From positions 37,882,001 to 37,946,000 of the forward strand of contig NC_043007.1 of the NCBI RefSeq assembly GCF_006345805.1: a stretch of 64,000 bases of DNA, read 5' to 3'. The stretch comes from Octopus sinensis. Its lineage: Eukaryota. The notes below the pieces were generated by a model. That model was not told the DNA's origin. It was given only the letters and a program-made list of their open reading frames with translations, and searched no databases. The translations under genes were made by a program, and so were the position numbers. Shown here one piece after another: positions 24,301-38,828 of this stretch (the first letter of the stretch is position 1; each line of letters begins with the position of its first letter).

Positions 24301-25692
24301 TGGAATGTTCTTTTCAATATTTTAAACAAAAAATTATAAACATAGAAAAAAGTATACATTAAATCTCTGTTTTTGTAAGCAGTTGTATGTATGTAGTATG
24401 TCTATATTTTTGTATGCAGTGTAATTTAACCAAATATAAGCAAATTGTAAATACCCCGCAACCCTGCAACTGTTGCGATAATTATGAACTGTTAATTGAA
24501 TGATAGATGTGTATTTTTATATAATTTGGACCTTTCACGTAATTGTTTTTGTCAAGAGTTTCATCTCCAGCAGTTCTCATCACATATGTTGTGTAGATGT
24601 GTGTGTGTATGTTTAATAACGTATGTAACAGGCGCACAAACACACACACATTCACATACCAAATGTGACGATACACACGCATACACTCTCACACAGTCAC
24701 GCATGACTGCTCAGTGACGTGGTTGAATTCTCAGTGATTAATAATGAAGGCTTATCGGCTATATCACAACGGTTTTCGATAGAGGGAGAAATGTAAATAG
24801 TGTATTTAAATAGACGGAGTGCAAAAAATTTTAAATACGTAAAGTAATGTTGTAAGGAGAACGGACAAATAGCGTGAAGACAAAGATATTTATACACGAC
24901 AAAATTGAAATACACTGAAGTCAATTTTTCAGACAGGGAGAGAAACACTGAATAAAGTAGCTTTCGACAAATCAATACATGGATGGTCGTGGTTAGCATG
25001 CTTTTGATCAAAGATCAGCTGGTTCAAGGATAACCTGGAGTTAAACTACACCAGCACACAACATTATATATGGGTACAGATGTGTGATTAACAAATTTAC
25101 TTCATAATTACATGGTTCAGTTCTACTGCTTGGCACCTTTGAGAAACATCTACTATAGCTCCAAGTTGACCAATGCTTTTCAAGTGAATTTGATAGATGG
25201 GAATTGCAGGAGGCCCCTTATGTATGTGAATGTTTATAAACTTAATAATAATAACAATAATAATAATCCGTTCTACTGAAGGCACAAAGCCTTGAAACTT
25301 TGGGGGAGAGGAATAGTCGATGCAACTGACCCCAGTGTTTCACTGGTACTTAATTTATCGACCCCAAAAGGATGAAAGGCAAAGTCGACTTCAGCAAAAT
25401 TTGAACTCAGAACGTAGCAACAGACAAAATACCTATTTCTTTACTACCCACAAGGGGCTAAACACAGAGGGGACAAACAAGGACAGACAAACCAGATTAA
25501 GTTGATTATATCAACCCCAGTGTGTAACTGGTCCTTAATTTATCGACCCCGAAAGGATGAAAGGCAAAGTCGACCTCGGCGGAATTTGAACTCAGAACGC
25601 AACGACAGACGAAATATGGCTACTCATTTCGCCCGGTGTGCTAATGATTCTGCCAGCTCGCCGCCTTAATAATAATAATAGTAATAATACTA

Positions 25693-26170
25693 GTATAAAA
25701 GATGGGCTACAGCAAATATTCTGCTCAATACCACAGATTTGCTTGTCAGTTGCTTGACCATAACCAGTTGAGCATGTCCCATAGTGGCTGACAAAATGTG
25801 TACCTCTGATCACAAACAGTAGTGGGAGAGCATCATAGACATGTGTTGAGAGGGAATCTTTGGGGATTAGATAATTCACCCTTGGAAACATGGGTGTTTT
25901 GTTCATCATCCTTAAACAAACCTTATTCAGGGACCTTTTGAGCGGGATGGGGTTACTTGACCTGAAGAAAATTCTAACTGAGCCCCACCTGCAAGGTCAT
26001 GTGCTGTTTATCTTGACATGATATCACCATGTCACGCACATATGGTTGTGATGCATGTGCCTAGTGTACCCTTATCAGACGTGTAGTCATGATGGGTATA
26101 CTGGGCTTCATATGTTTTACCCCAGTGTCACTTTGATGGCATGCACTGCTCTCTCACTCAATAATAATAA
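25693..26170. mobile_element. Interspersed repeat family E, (AAT)n-flanked; longer copy at about 46860-47432
   Basis: The two copies align over about 470 bp from aaaagatgggctacagcaaatattctg to ctcactcaataataataa. Confidence 0.8.
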
Positions 26171-27850
26171 TTGAAAACTGTAAACGTTGTGCCTGTAATA
26201 ATGGTTCATTGGGAACTGTGGCAAATGGTTGAAGGAAATTGGAATAGAATGCCCAGTAGAGCTCCTACAGAAAGTTTGTCTCTTAGGGACAGGAAAGATT
26301 ATCAGAAGGGTTTTAAACATTTGTAAGACCATTGAAAGCTTGTGGATACTTAAGGTTACAGGTAGTAACCTGCTAGCCGCATAAATCCTATCAGGAATAA
26401 AACAGAACCTGAGTCAAATCAATAATAATAATAATAATAATGATGATTTCAAATTTTGGCCAGCACATTTGGGGGAAAGGTTAAGTTGATTACATTGACA
26501 CTAGTATTCAACAAGTACCTATTTTATCAATCCAGAAAGGATGGAAAGCAAAGTTGACTTTGGAAGAATTTGAAAACATAAAATCAGAAGAAATGCTGCA
26601 AAGCATTTTGTCCAGTGTGCTAACAACTCTACCAGCTCACCCACTTAATAATCTTTTCTAATTTTAGCACAAGGCCAGTAATTTTGAGGGAAGGGTGAAC
26701 ATCAGTGAAGTCAATCATATTGACCCCTGTGTTCAACTTGTACCTATTTTTTTATCAACCCTAAAAAGATGAAAAGCAAGGTTGACCTTGGCAGTATTTG
26801 AACTCAGAACAAAGCCAGACAAAATGCTGTTCAACGTATTATCTGGCATGCTAATGATTCTGCCACCTTACTACCTTTATAATAATATTTCTATCTTGTT
26901 TACTCTTTTACTTGTTTCAGTTATTTGACTGTGGCCATGCTGGAGCACCGCCTTTAGTCAAGCAAATCGACCCCAGGACTTATTCTTTGTAAGCCTAGTA
27001 CTTATTCTATCGGTCTCTTTTACTGAACCGCTAATTTATGGGGACATAAACACACCAGCATCGGTTGTCAAGCAATGTTGAGGAAACAAACACAGACACA
27101 CACACACACATATATATATATATACATATATACGACAGGCTTCTTTCAGTTTCCGTCTACCAAATCCATTCACAAGGCTTTGGTCGGCCTGAGGCTATAG
27201 TAGAAGACACTTGTTCAAGGTGCCATGCAGTGGGACTGAACCTGGAACCATGTGGTTGGTAAACAAGCTACTTACCACACACACACTCCAATGCCTTTTT
27301 TTGGCGGGGGGGTGCTCAACTAGAACTTATTTTATCCCTCTACCACAAAGGATGAAAAAAGTTGAACTCAGAACTGGAAGAATGCCATTAATCACTTTGT
27401 CAAATGCACTAACAATTATTCTGCCAACTTGCCACCTTTATAATAATAAATAAAGACAAGATGGTCGCAAATGGAATGCCTTTTATCAAAGGTCTGTTTG
27501 ATGAAGGCTGACCTAGTGTTAAATAATAACATACTAGTGAATAATGATAATAATAAAAAATTTCAAATCTGTTTTTTATTTTCAATTTTGGGGAGGAAAT
27601 GAATGCTTTGGGGAAATAATTGTAGTAATTTAATGTAATTCTACATTAAAAGAAAAAAAAGCCATTCCTTGTGGTCTGCCCATATAGTGTTTCTTAATTG
27701 TTCTACATTTAAGAAATCTTGCAGTACCATCTTGAGAATCTAGGTCAGGGTGTGTGAGGAATATCAAATCACCACTAGTTTTCCAATATGTTAAATACAT
27801 GTATGTACATACATATGCACACACATTCACACAACACAAAATGCAAATAT

Positions 27851-27896
<46 letters not shown>

Positions 27897-28502
27897 CTCT
27901 CCCTCTCTCTCTCCATCTCTTGTATTGCTTTCTATTTCTCTTCTCCCAGCCTCTTTATCTCTTTCTCTTCTTGTCTCTCTAAACACACATGCATGAGTGT
28001 ACGCAGTCTTATTAAATTTTAATTTTTTAAAGTACTTTTATACTACTTTCACACTTCTGTATATTTATAATTTTTCATTTTTATTTATTTCACTTATACA
28101 ACATTCTGTTTCATTTCATTTTCTCCCCTTTTTTATCATTAATTTCAATTTTTCTTCAATATCCAGTCACAAACACACAGTTTTATTTCATTATTTTCTC
28201 TACTTTTTTTCTCTCTCTCTCTTTTCTAGTTATTGATAATTTATCAAACAAATGCAAATTGTAGCTGAGTGGATAAGGTCCAAACTAGCATTGGCAGGGA
28301 GATGGCTTGTATCCTTTCACTGGTAATGTACTAAAGATGAGATTCAGAGGAATAATGCAATCCTGGAAAAGGGGGATACCTACTAGGGCAAGAGTGGCAC
28401 ATACTGATGATGATGATGATGATAATTAAAGAAAGAGAGGTTAATGTGCCACATAGATTTGAAGAGAGTACAGAGTGAATCATAAGAGATCCACCAGATA
28501 GT

Positions 28503-28968
28503 GGCACCTATAGCAAGGAACTATATCTCCGCAAGGTATAAGGATAGTGAAGAATTTCAGTGTCTGGTACCTATAGCAAGGAACTATGCCTCCTCAAGGT
28601 ATAAGGATAGTGAAGAATTTCAGTATCTGGTACCTATAGCAAGGAACTATACCTCCTCAAGGTATAAGGATAGTGAAGAATTTCAGTGTCTGGTACCTAT
28701 AACAAGGAACTTTACCTCCTCAAGGTATAAGGATAGTGAAGAATTTCAGTATCTGGCACCTATAGCAAGGAACTATACCTCTGCAAGGTATAAGGATAGC
28801 GAAGAATTTCAGTGTCTGGTACCTATAACAAGGAACTATACCTCCTTGAGGTATAAGGATAGCGAAGAATTTCAGTGACTGGTACCTATAACAAGGAACT
28901 ATACCTCCTCAAGGTATAAGGATAGTGAAGAATTTCAGTGTCTGGCACCCCCTCAAGGTATAAGGATA
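28503..28968. repeat. 63-bp minisatellite, 7 full units plus 1 partial
   Basis: Unit starts at 28503, 28566, 28629, 28692, 28755, 28818, 28881 and 28944. One frame reads LVPIARNYTSSRYKDSEEFQC repeatedly. Confidence 0.95.
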
Positions 28969-30381
28969 TCTAGACTGAAGGAAGTACTGAAATTTTTTTT
29001 ATTTACTTTCTTTTTTACCTTTTGCCAGACCACAAATGAGTGTAATAAGATAATCCTATGTTGCAAACTCATCTGATAACAAACCACCCTAAACCACTTG
29101 TGCTGCAATGATGCAAACTTCATATTTTAAAGTGATCTAAAATTAAAACCACCCATCAAAATTTCATGTTAATTTCTGCCCCAAACACCAGCTTAATAAA
29201 TAGCAAATTTATTTTATCAAATTCTTCATTATTTTCCAGGCAGAAATATGGTTTAAAGAAAAGTGTGAAGCATATGTTACTGATGCTGTTTGTTAATACA
29301 GAGTAATCTTGATCAACACCAAAGAGACAGCTTTCAAAAAAATCACACAGTCACTATACACATACACACACATACATATATATATATGGTACCACAAAGC
29401 AATAAATACCTGTCACTTCAAAGAGCAGCAACACAAACATTGACTAATTTTTAGTTACTTATGATGATGATGTATAGCGCAGAGAGGGAACAGCTCTGTG
29501 AGACTGATTCCTCTTATATTCAGAAAAATTAGGTAAAATAATAATGAATAACCAGTGAGTTCAATTCTCATTCTAAGCTATCAGGAAAGGATCTCCAGGG
29601 CCTAATTTTTACAGTGACACCAAATATGTACAGATATGAGTGTATGGATGAGGATAGCTGTGTAAAGAAGTGCTGATCTTTAACTGTGGAGGAAACATGG
29701 ATGAGTAAGAGCTAGGAAGACATGGGATGAAGTGGTGAAGCATGATCTTCAAACATTGGGCCTCATGGAGGCGTTGACAAGTGACTGAAACCTTTGGCGA
29801 AATGCCATGCATGAGAAGACCTGTCAAGCCAAGTGAAATCATAGTCGTCGCTGATACTGGCATCATATAACAGGCACCCATGCCAGTGGCATATAAAGAG
29901 CACCCTTCAAATTCTGCGCCTCATGGGGGTGATGACAAGTGACCAAGACCTTTGGTGCTATGCTGTGCTTGAGAAGATTCATCTAGCCAAGTGAAATCAT
30001 AGCTGTGGCCGATGCCGGTATCATGTAACTAGCACCCATGCCAGTAGCACATAAAAAGCACCAATTACACTCTTAGAGCTTTTGGTGTTAGGAAGGGCAT
30101 CCAACTATAGAAACCATGCCAAATTAGAGTGGAACTTGGTGCAGCTATCCAACTTACCAGTTTCAGTCAAACTATCTAATCCATGCCAGCATGGAAACCA
30201 GATGTTAAATGATGATGATGAGCCTGTGTATTAATTAGTTTATATAGCTGTTGAGTACAGGCACTCACTAGATCATCTGAGACTGTTGCTAAGAGTTCAG
30301 CTGCTGTTGCTTACTTCCAGGTTAACTCTGGTTAAGCAGAGCAATGATCAAAGTATTCCAAACACAACCATTTCAGGCATG

Positions 30382-31676
30382 TACAGGGTGCGGTGAATAA
30401 ATCATCATCTAAATTATGCAAAAATGAAAATGGCACTGACGTCTCATTTTAACAGATCTATTAACCAAAATTACATGAAAATATCTTGAAATACTGAATA
30501 GCAAACTTATTCAATAAAATTGCTATTGGCTTCAACCACAGCCTCCAAATGACTTCGGAATTCCTCCAACTCTTCTGGATGGTTTCCTTGTTTAAGTTGG
30601 TAAATGCTGCCATAATCCTTGCCTTCAGTTCATCTTTGGTGTTACAAGGTGTTTCATTGGTCTCTCACTCAACTGTTCCCCACAAATAATAATCAAGGGG
30701 GTTGCAGTCTGGGGTGTTAGGTGGCCAGATGTTATGAGTGATGTGGTTACAGAAATTATCTGACAACTATGACTGGGTTCTCCTGCTTGTGTGCAAGGTG
30801 CAAAGTCCTGTTGCCAGATATAAGGTCTTCCAGCAGCCACCCTCTTCACCCAGGGCAGCACTACCCACTCCAGGCACTTGATGCAGGCCTCCGTGTTGAG
30901 TCTGAGGTCGTGTGGGAAGATGAATGGAGGCATAATGTCACCATCACTAGTGATCACTCCAAACACCATGAGGTTGACTGGATGTTTGATTTTCATCACT
31001 CACAGTAGATGTTTTGGGGAAACAGCAAACCAACGGTTGTTCTGTGTGTTCGTCATCTGATCCTGGCAGGAATTTTTCTTGTCTGAGAAAAACAAAAGCA
31101 AGTTCAGTTGGAGGGGATGCTAAAGTTTGTTTAAAAGCTTTGTAGTGCAGTCTTTCCTCTTGTCTTGATGGCTTTGGGATAAAAATTGGCCCTTTCTCAT
31201 CTTGTATCAGGAATACCAAATGTCTTCACGCACTACCTGCCTGATAAGAAACTCAGACACTCCTATGTCCCTGGCAATGGACCTCAGTGACTTGAGGGAT
31301 CGTTGACAATCATGACTTGGATCTCACCAACAAATTCAGGAGTTCTTTTCTTATCAGAACAGAGTGTTTTCCAAGCAGCTGTATCTTTGTAATCACTATT
31401 AGACTCATGCAACTCTTTCTGGATCCTCTGCACTATCCTCAGATTGACATCCAAACACTGAAATGTTCATATTGGAGCTTCCGGCGTAAATGTCAAGCAC
31501 TACAGCATGTTGTTTCCAAATTCCTGGTAGAGTGAATTGCATCATCGTGCCATTTTTCTCACAGACGATGCCCAACTAACCATACTATACTGTGTAGTCG
31601 ACAAAATCAAAAACAAACAATGTGCACGTGTGAAATTAAAAATATGAAATGGCAACAATTTACCCATCACACTGTG
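30382..31676 (-). mobile_element. maT-like (DD37D) Tc1/mariner element, near full length with a disrupted transposase
   Basis: MVFGVITSDGDIMPPFIF...WQQDFAP, then WPPNTPDCNPLD with 37 residues between the two Ds after restoring one frameshift. Ends resemble CAGGGTG. Confidence 0.85.
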
Positions 31677-31854
31677 CATATCTCGAAAGGTATGCAATTA
31701 AATACTGATTTCTAACATAGGCAGAAGGCCACAAACTCAGAAAATGATGGTGCAGTCACCTCAATACTTGCTTAGTACATTATCAGTTCCAGAAGATGAA
31801 AAGTAAAAAAATGACCTTAGAGTGATTTTGATCTCAGAACATAAATACATTTAA

Positions 31855-32074
31855 CCCTTTAGTGTTTAAACCAGCTATATCCGGCCTGAGGATTCAACTC
31901 ATTTTATGCTCAAACTGGCCAGAACCAGTATTTCACACCTACCCTGCAATGCAATTCTAAAAATAAACAATTACATCTTTCAAATCTTGAAGCTACAAGA
32001 TAATACCAGATTAATTTTTTTAAATGTAAATGAATAAGGATTACTTATGACATATTAATTTGAACGCTAAAGGG
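31855..32074. mobile_element. piggyBac-type MITE (TTAA TSD)
   Basis: TTAA-ccctttagtgtt ... aacgctaaaggg-TTAA. Confidence 0.85.
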
Positions 32075-33061
32075 TTAACTAAATAGTTAAATGATTTTGC
32101 CCAGAGATGTTAATCTGCTGACCGTGGTGTCTATCATTCAGATTTTCCTCACTGCCATTGTCACCATCATTAACAGTATTTCCAGTGACCTTACCAACAA
32201 TGAAGCTTCTTTTGTGTTGCTACTGTCCTTGCAAAATATGAAAACATCACAACCTCCTCTTTACTCATCCCCAACTATTATATGTTAGGTTCAGCACCTT
32301 AGTATTATTACGAGGGCCAGAGCCACCCCTACCATCGACTTCACTGCCGTTACTGACAGTATTACTTTTGTGACAACTTAGCAACACAACACCATCTACA
32401 GACACACTCACCATCCCCTACTCTGCGACCACCTTCCCCACTTCCACACACTGAAGAACAATTCAACGAAGACAAGCAAAGAAAAGCAAAACAAAAATTA
32501 AAAAAAAAACAAAGAAACAATTTTTAAAATTTACCCCACCCATCTGACGATCTCTCCAACACATGCAAGCACACACACACACACACACATACACACATAC
32601 ACTTACATCAAGACCACCATCGCCATCACCACTACCACCACTTGCACCAACACAATAGTGTGTTCAGTGGTAAACAGCCTCGGGGACTGGATGTGTGGGT
32701 GGTTGTTTATTTGCAAAGGATTAATTAGAACAGAGAGAGAATTGAATGTGACATTCATGGCAAAAAAAAAAAAAAAGACATAAATAAAAAACAGGTGAGT
32801 GAATGAGTTACATAAGGGAAACATGCACGCACGCACACACACATACATACACACACACATATACATGCATGTAGTGACTGACAAACCATCACACACACAC
32901 ACACACACACACACAAGAATAAACTGCCTTTAGCAAAGAAACATACTCGCAAAGTAGTACACCATTTTCCAGAGATTTCCTTGGGTCATCAGGGTAGTGG
33001 AATTTTTGTCTCGTGACAGCCTGAAAAATAGGACAAAAAATATTTGTCAAGATTCATTCTC

Positions 33062-33335
33062 CTATTATTATTATTATCATTATTATTATTATCATCATCA
33101 TCATCATTATTATTATTGTTATTATTATTATTATCAATGTTATTATTATTATTATTATTATCATTGTTATTATTATTATTATTATCATTGTTATTGTTAT
33201 TATTATTATCATTGTTATTGTTATTATTATTATTATTATTATTAAAATCATTATTATCATTATTATTATTATCATTATTATTATTATTATTATTATTAAA
33301 ATCATTATTATCATTATTTTTATTATTAAATCATT
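33062..33335. repeat. (TAT)n/(TATCAT)/(TGTTAT) trinucleotide microsatellite
   Basis: Directly visible; it explains the poly-Y, poly-L and poly-I ORFs. Confidence 0.95.
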
Positions 33336-36300
33336 AAATATTGAAGTCTTGCTTAAGAAAATACTTGAAATTATTAAACTTCACATGATCAGTTCCAACC
33401 CCATCCAAGGCAACATTGCCCGTCATCCTCCTGGGCTCAAAAAAAAAATATATATACCAGACATATACTGAGGGCAATTTTATCAACTACACCTCTTTGT
33501 ACTTCCCCACTCCTTACAAGATATTTCTCTTGTGCTTATGTTCGAAATTATTATTGTTGCCCCCCCCCCCATCCCTGCCTCTACAAAGATGAAAGGCAAA
33601 GCCCGCCTCCCTGCCAGGTTCAACTTTGTTTTTCATCCTTCCAGGGTCAACAAAATAAATATACCAGTCAACTACTGATGCTAATTTAATTACCAGTTCC
33701 TGCTCCAAAATTTGTGACTTTGTGCTTAGAAATTATTATCATTATTGCTGTTGTTATTGTTCCTTGTCCAAGCAAGATAGATTTACATAACCCTCTCCTA
33801 TTTGCATTATAGTTTATCATTTTTTTTTCAAGCAATGGATAATTTTCTGTGTCATATTGGTAGAAATATATTTCAATACAAATATATGTGAAAAATTTGT
33901 TACAATTTTTTTTCTTGCCCAGTTTGGGTAAAAGTGACATTTATACATACTTTTTTTTCGTTTGACATGCATTTAGCTGTAAAATGTTAATGAGAAGTAG
34001 AGTCAACATCTCTCTCAAAGGAGGGGAAAAACACCCCAAAAAAACAAGAACAGAAATACTTTGCACCAAGACACATCCAGTTTAAATGAGGGGGAAAATA
34101 AAATGACTTTTTCTGTTGCTAATGATAGCAATGAGTAAAGTTTTAGCAACCAGTTAGCAATAACACACAACTCTGCACACACAGTTTTGCAGATATTGCC
34201 TCCAATAAAAAGTCTGGCAGTGATATGTGAGAAAAGACTGTCCTCTTGTGCAAGGAATTAATCCAAGAGCCAGCAAAGAAAGAAATGACATATTTCTGTC
34301 TTGTGAAGAGGGGTTGGAAGGGATTTTCTGTAAATTTTCAAACGATGAACTGAAGCAAACCTTGATCAATTTAATAAGGCTATCTCTACAGATTTTCTAT
34401 AAGAATTATAGCTAGCACTGATTTGTTACTATGTTTCATATGGAAATATGTCTAACATAAACAAAGTGATTAGAAATGGAAAAATAGGTAATGGTTGTAT
34501 ATGCATATTTCAGATATTCTTGCTCCTTCTTCAGCACCACATCCAACCCATTAACTATCCATGAACACATTGCTTAAATAGCTACTAAATATATATTTCT
34601 TTACTACCCACAAGGGGCTAAACACAGAAGAGACAAACAAGGACAGACAAACAGATCAAGTCGATTACATCGACCCAAGTGCGTAACTGGTACTTAATTT
34701 ATCGACCCTGAAAGGATGAAAGGCAAAGTCAACTCCGGCGGAATTTGAACTCAGAACATAATGGCAGATGAAATACGGCCACATATTTCACCCGGCGTGC
34801 TAACGTTTCTGCCAGCTTGCCACCTTTTAGCTACTAAATATAGCAGCATAACACTATCAGATATACCAATTTTTAAACACATTCCTGGCAGCTGGTATGT
34901 GCAAATTAAATACTTGTAGGCACACTGTATTTCATTATACAACCATAATATACTACATACAAAGATTTGATCAATATAGAGAAGGATGTAGTTTCCACTG
35001 TCCAGGGTAAGGCGTACAATAGTGTCTATCTGGTTTTCAAAATCAAACGCAAGGCAAAACATCAAGCATGGATAGTTTGATATACACCTACCCATAGGTA
35101 CATGGGCCAGCACAATGCAAGAGTAACAGCCAGTGGTATTGGCAGTAACACCAACCCTTGATTCATTGTCATCATTTATGTGTAGCGGAATATAGGAGCA
35201 CTCCGTCGGTTACTATGATGAGGGTCCCAGCTGATACAATCAACGGAACAGCCTGCTCGTGAAATTAACGTGCAAGTGACTGAGCAATCCGCAGACACGT
35301 GTACCCTTAACGTAGTTTTCAGGGAGATTCAGTGTGACACAGAGTGTGACAAGGCCGGCCCCTAACTACTGTCATTTACTCCCTCTCATCCTTCTTTCAT
35401 CTCTGTGATTCTTTCTCTTTCACTGCATGTGCATAGAGTTCCTTTATTCATTACCTGCCACCAAGCCTTGTATGTGTACTCATCCTACACCTCTCATATT
35501 AATTCTCTCTCTCTCCCTCTCTCTGTATTTTTCTTTTACTCTCCCTTTCTCTGTACAATATAAAATATGACAAGAGAAATCAATCTCATTATATGACATA
35601 CCACCCATACTCTAAACCTCCCCCCCCATTACTCCAGGTCTATCTCAAGGCAGATTTTGAGCAATGAGGACATTCCATTGTCAGGTCACAAATGGTAAAA
35701 GGGATATGACAAACCAACTGTCTCATTAATTAATCGAACAATTAATCAAGCGGTTGATTAGTTAATTGGTTAACTAATTGGCTAATGACAAAAAACAAAT
35801 GACATAGAACCAGTGCATGTTTCTTACTAGAAAAAACAACCATGCCACAATATACCTCTTTTTAAGCATACCTAGTAAACCAATTGTTATTGATACCTTT
35901 CTAATCTCACACTTCATATATTGCTTATTTCTAATTCATTACATGGGAGGATTCAGTACTGATGGTGAGATTTGAACCACCAGATCTGTGCATGACTGTC
36001 CAACATCTAATCAACTGGGCCAGCTATCAGCTGTTTCATTTTTTTTTTTTTCCCCACTTATCTTTACTTAGAATGTTTATGTAAAAGTACAAAAATAAAA
36101 CAACTGTGAAAGGCAACGCAAAAAAAAAAAAAACGAAGAGAAAATTTAGCCTTGGTTCAGTGTTATCTGATTTGTGTGGGTATAGTTTTAAATCTGGTAC
36201 TTATTTATGGGACATGGTATTGATGATAGTGATGATGGATTCTGTCGGTGCTGATGATGATGGCTTCTGGTGGTGGTGGTAGTGATGATGATGGCAGAAA

Positions 36301-36839
36301 TAATACAAGTGGTATTGGCAATGGTGGGGGTGGTAATGATGATGATGATGATGGTTGGGGATACATGTAGTGGTGGTAATTGTCAGTGATATAAATAGTT
36401 GTCAAGGGGATGTTTGTGTTGGCTTGAAAGAAATGGTCATAATAAATAATGATCACAATAATTTGCAATTTTAGCACAAGGCCAGCCCAGAAGCAAATGG
36501 GGAGCATTTATCCAGCTGCTCAACTTACTAGAAATACTAACCAAATCACCTTTAAATCAAACCCAATGATCTCAAAAAAAAAAAGTACCTAAAGGGTCCA
36601 ATGGACATTCATCCATCATCTGCCAAACTAAAAAAAAATTGATGAGACAATCATATTCTGAGTGCCTTTGGTCATAGGTCTGTCCAGTTGGAGCTGACCT
36701 ACAACCAAACAATGTTAACAATAGCAACAGTTCTTAGTTGACATATAAATACCATTCTTAAAACTGGTCCCATTTGATTTTTTGTCCATATTTCATGGGT
36801 TTGACTTAATATTTTAATTTATGCTTTATATATACACTG

Positions 36840-37102
36840 TGGGGGCGCGTGGATTAGTGGTTAGGGTGTCAGCATCATGATCATAAGATTGTGGTTTCGA
36901 TTCCTGGACCAGGCGACGTGTTGTGTCCTTGAGCAAAACACTTCATTTCACGTTGCTCCAGTCCACTCAGATGGCAAAAATGAGTAAAGCTGCGATGGAC
37001 TGGCATCCCGTCCAGCTGGGGAACACACACACCATTGAAACCGAGAAACTGGGCCCATGCGCCTGGTTAGGCTTTAAAAGGGCGCGTTTATTTTTTATTT
37101 AT
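36840..37102 (+). mobile_element. tRNA-derived SINE (family B variant) with 15-bp TSD; sister copy at about 37490-37735
   Basis: A-box tggattagtgg and B-box ggtttcgattcc. TSD tttatatatacactg at 36825-36839 and 37103-37117. Confidence 0.85.
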
Positions 37103-38745
37103 TTTATATATACACTGAGGGGTCCTGGAAGGCTTTCAAGTTAGCTCAAAATTATCAACAGCTCCAAGTATAACCCAGATTATTTGGCTTTTCAGCATTC
37201 CAACATCTGTAATATATACAAAGTGCTTGTTCTCAAATAATTTTTTAGTCAGCCTCGAGCTAGATTCTTGTCAAAAGGTAGAGAGACTGGCTACATGCAA
37301 TGGGGGTTATCCCTGTACAGACATTTGATCTGCTAGAAATACTAATTAAATTCCCTTTAAACCACATTGAAAATAAAGAGAGACACATTGGGATGGTAGT
37401 CCACTGCCTGGACAAAAAAAAAATATGATCAGCTAAAATACCTTTGAACAAGAGCTACTATGGAGATAAAGAGCATCTATACATACACATGTGGAGGCGT
37501 GTGGCTTAGTGGTTAGGGTGTCAGCATCATGATCGTAAGATTGTGGTTTCGATTCCTGGACTGGGCGACGCGTTGTGTTCTTGAGCAAAACACTTCGTTT
37601 CACGTTGCTCCAGTCCACTCAGATGGCAAAAATGAGTAACGCTGCGATGGACTGGCGTCCCATCCAGCTGGGGGCCATTGAAACCGGGAAACTAGGCCCA
37701 TGAGCCTGGCTAGGCTTTAAAAGGGCGATTTATTTATTTTTTTAATTTGTATATACACATAGGTACAGATACTGCTATGTGGTTAAGATATTTGCTTCCC
37801 AACCATATGGCATCAAGCTCAGTCCTACTGTCACAACATGAATAAGTGTTTTCTACTGTAGGCCCTGGTCAACCAAAGCCTTGTGATTTGGAAGATGGAG
37901 ACTGAAAGAAGAGAGGAGAGGGTGTGTGTGTGTGTGTGTGCATATATGTATATGCATGCATTTGCATGTGCGTGTATTTGCTTTCCCTGATCTGGACATC
38001 ACAAGCAGTGTCAGTTCCAGTCTTGCATGAAAACATGACTGGTCATAGGGAAATACTACATTGCTTGGAAAAAGTGAGGATTGGTAGCAGGAAAACACTT
38101 GATGATGATGATGATGATACGCAATATGGATATACCTATTCATACATACACAGACACATGATGCATACAAACACTTTTGCATGCCTGCAATACATACACA
38201 CTCTCAAATCCATAAATACAAGTATATAGACAGCCATAGAAACAAAATTCCTTCATAGCACAGGGTCAGTAAAGGAGTCTCTATATGGTTCATTGACTTG
38301 CCAGAAATAGCAGCTAAATATCTTTCAAATTACATTTTTTGTACTTTTTTTATGTTTTTATTTAAAAAAAAGACATTCAATAATGTATTCCTAGGTAACC
38401 GTATGTCTAAAAAAAAAAACACAGCCGAACACCTTTGATCATAGGTCTACTCAATCAGACATAGTGGAGTTGCCGGATTTAAACATAAGTGCATAACACA
38501 CACACACACACACAGAGTCATTAAAACATATTTAGCAATGCATTTTCTCCTTAGATTGTATGTTAATGAGTATATTTGTTTGCTTTCTATATTATTAATT
38601 TGCCCCTAAACTGTCACCATTCAGTTATGTCAACATATCAATAGATGGGTTTTTTGCTGTTTGAAGAACCAAAACAATAGTTCTTTGTGTTGCACAGTAA
38701 CTGGTTTGACCTAAACTTAAACAACACTCTTGTTACACATATAGC

Positions 38746-38778
<33 letters not shown>

Positions 38779-38787
38779 TATCCACAC

Positions 38788-38828
<41 letters not shown>

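Noticed and set aside
36840-36915. tRNA genes at SINE heads (also about 17830-17907, 46300-46376 and 62499-62560)
   Set aside because: A/B boxes are present, but there is no complete cloverleaf and each continues into a shared SINE body.
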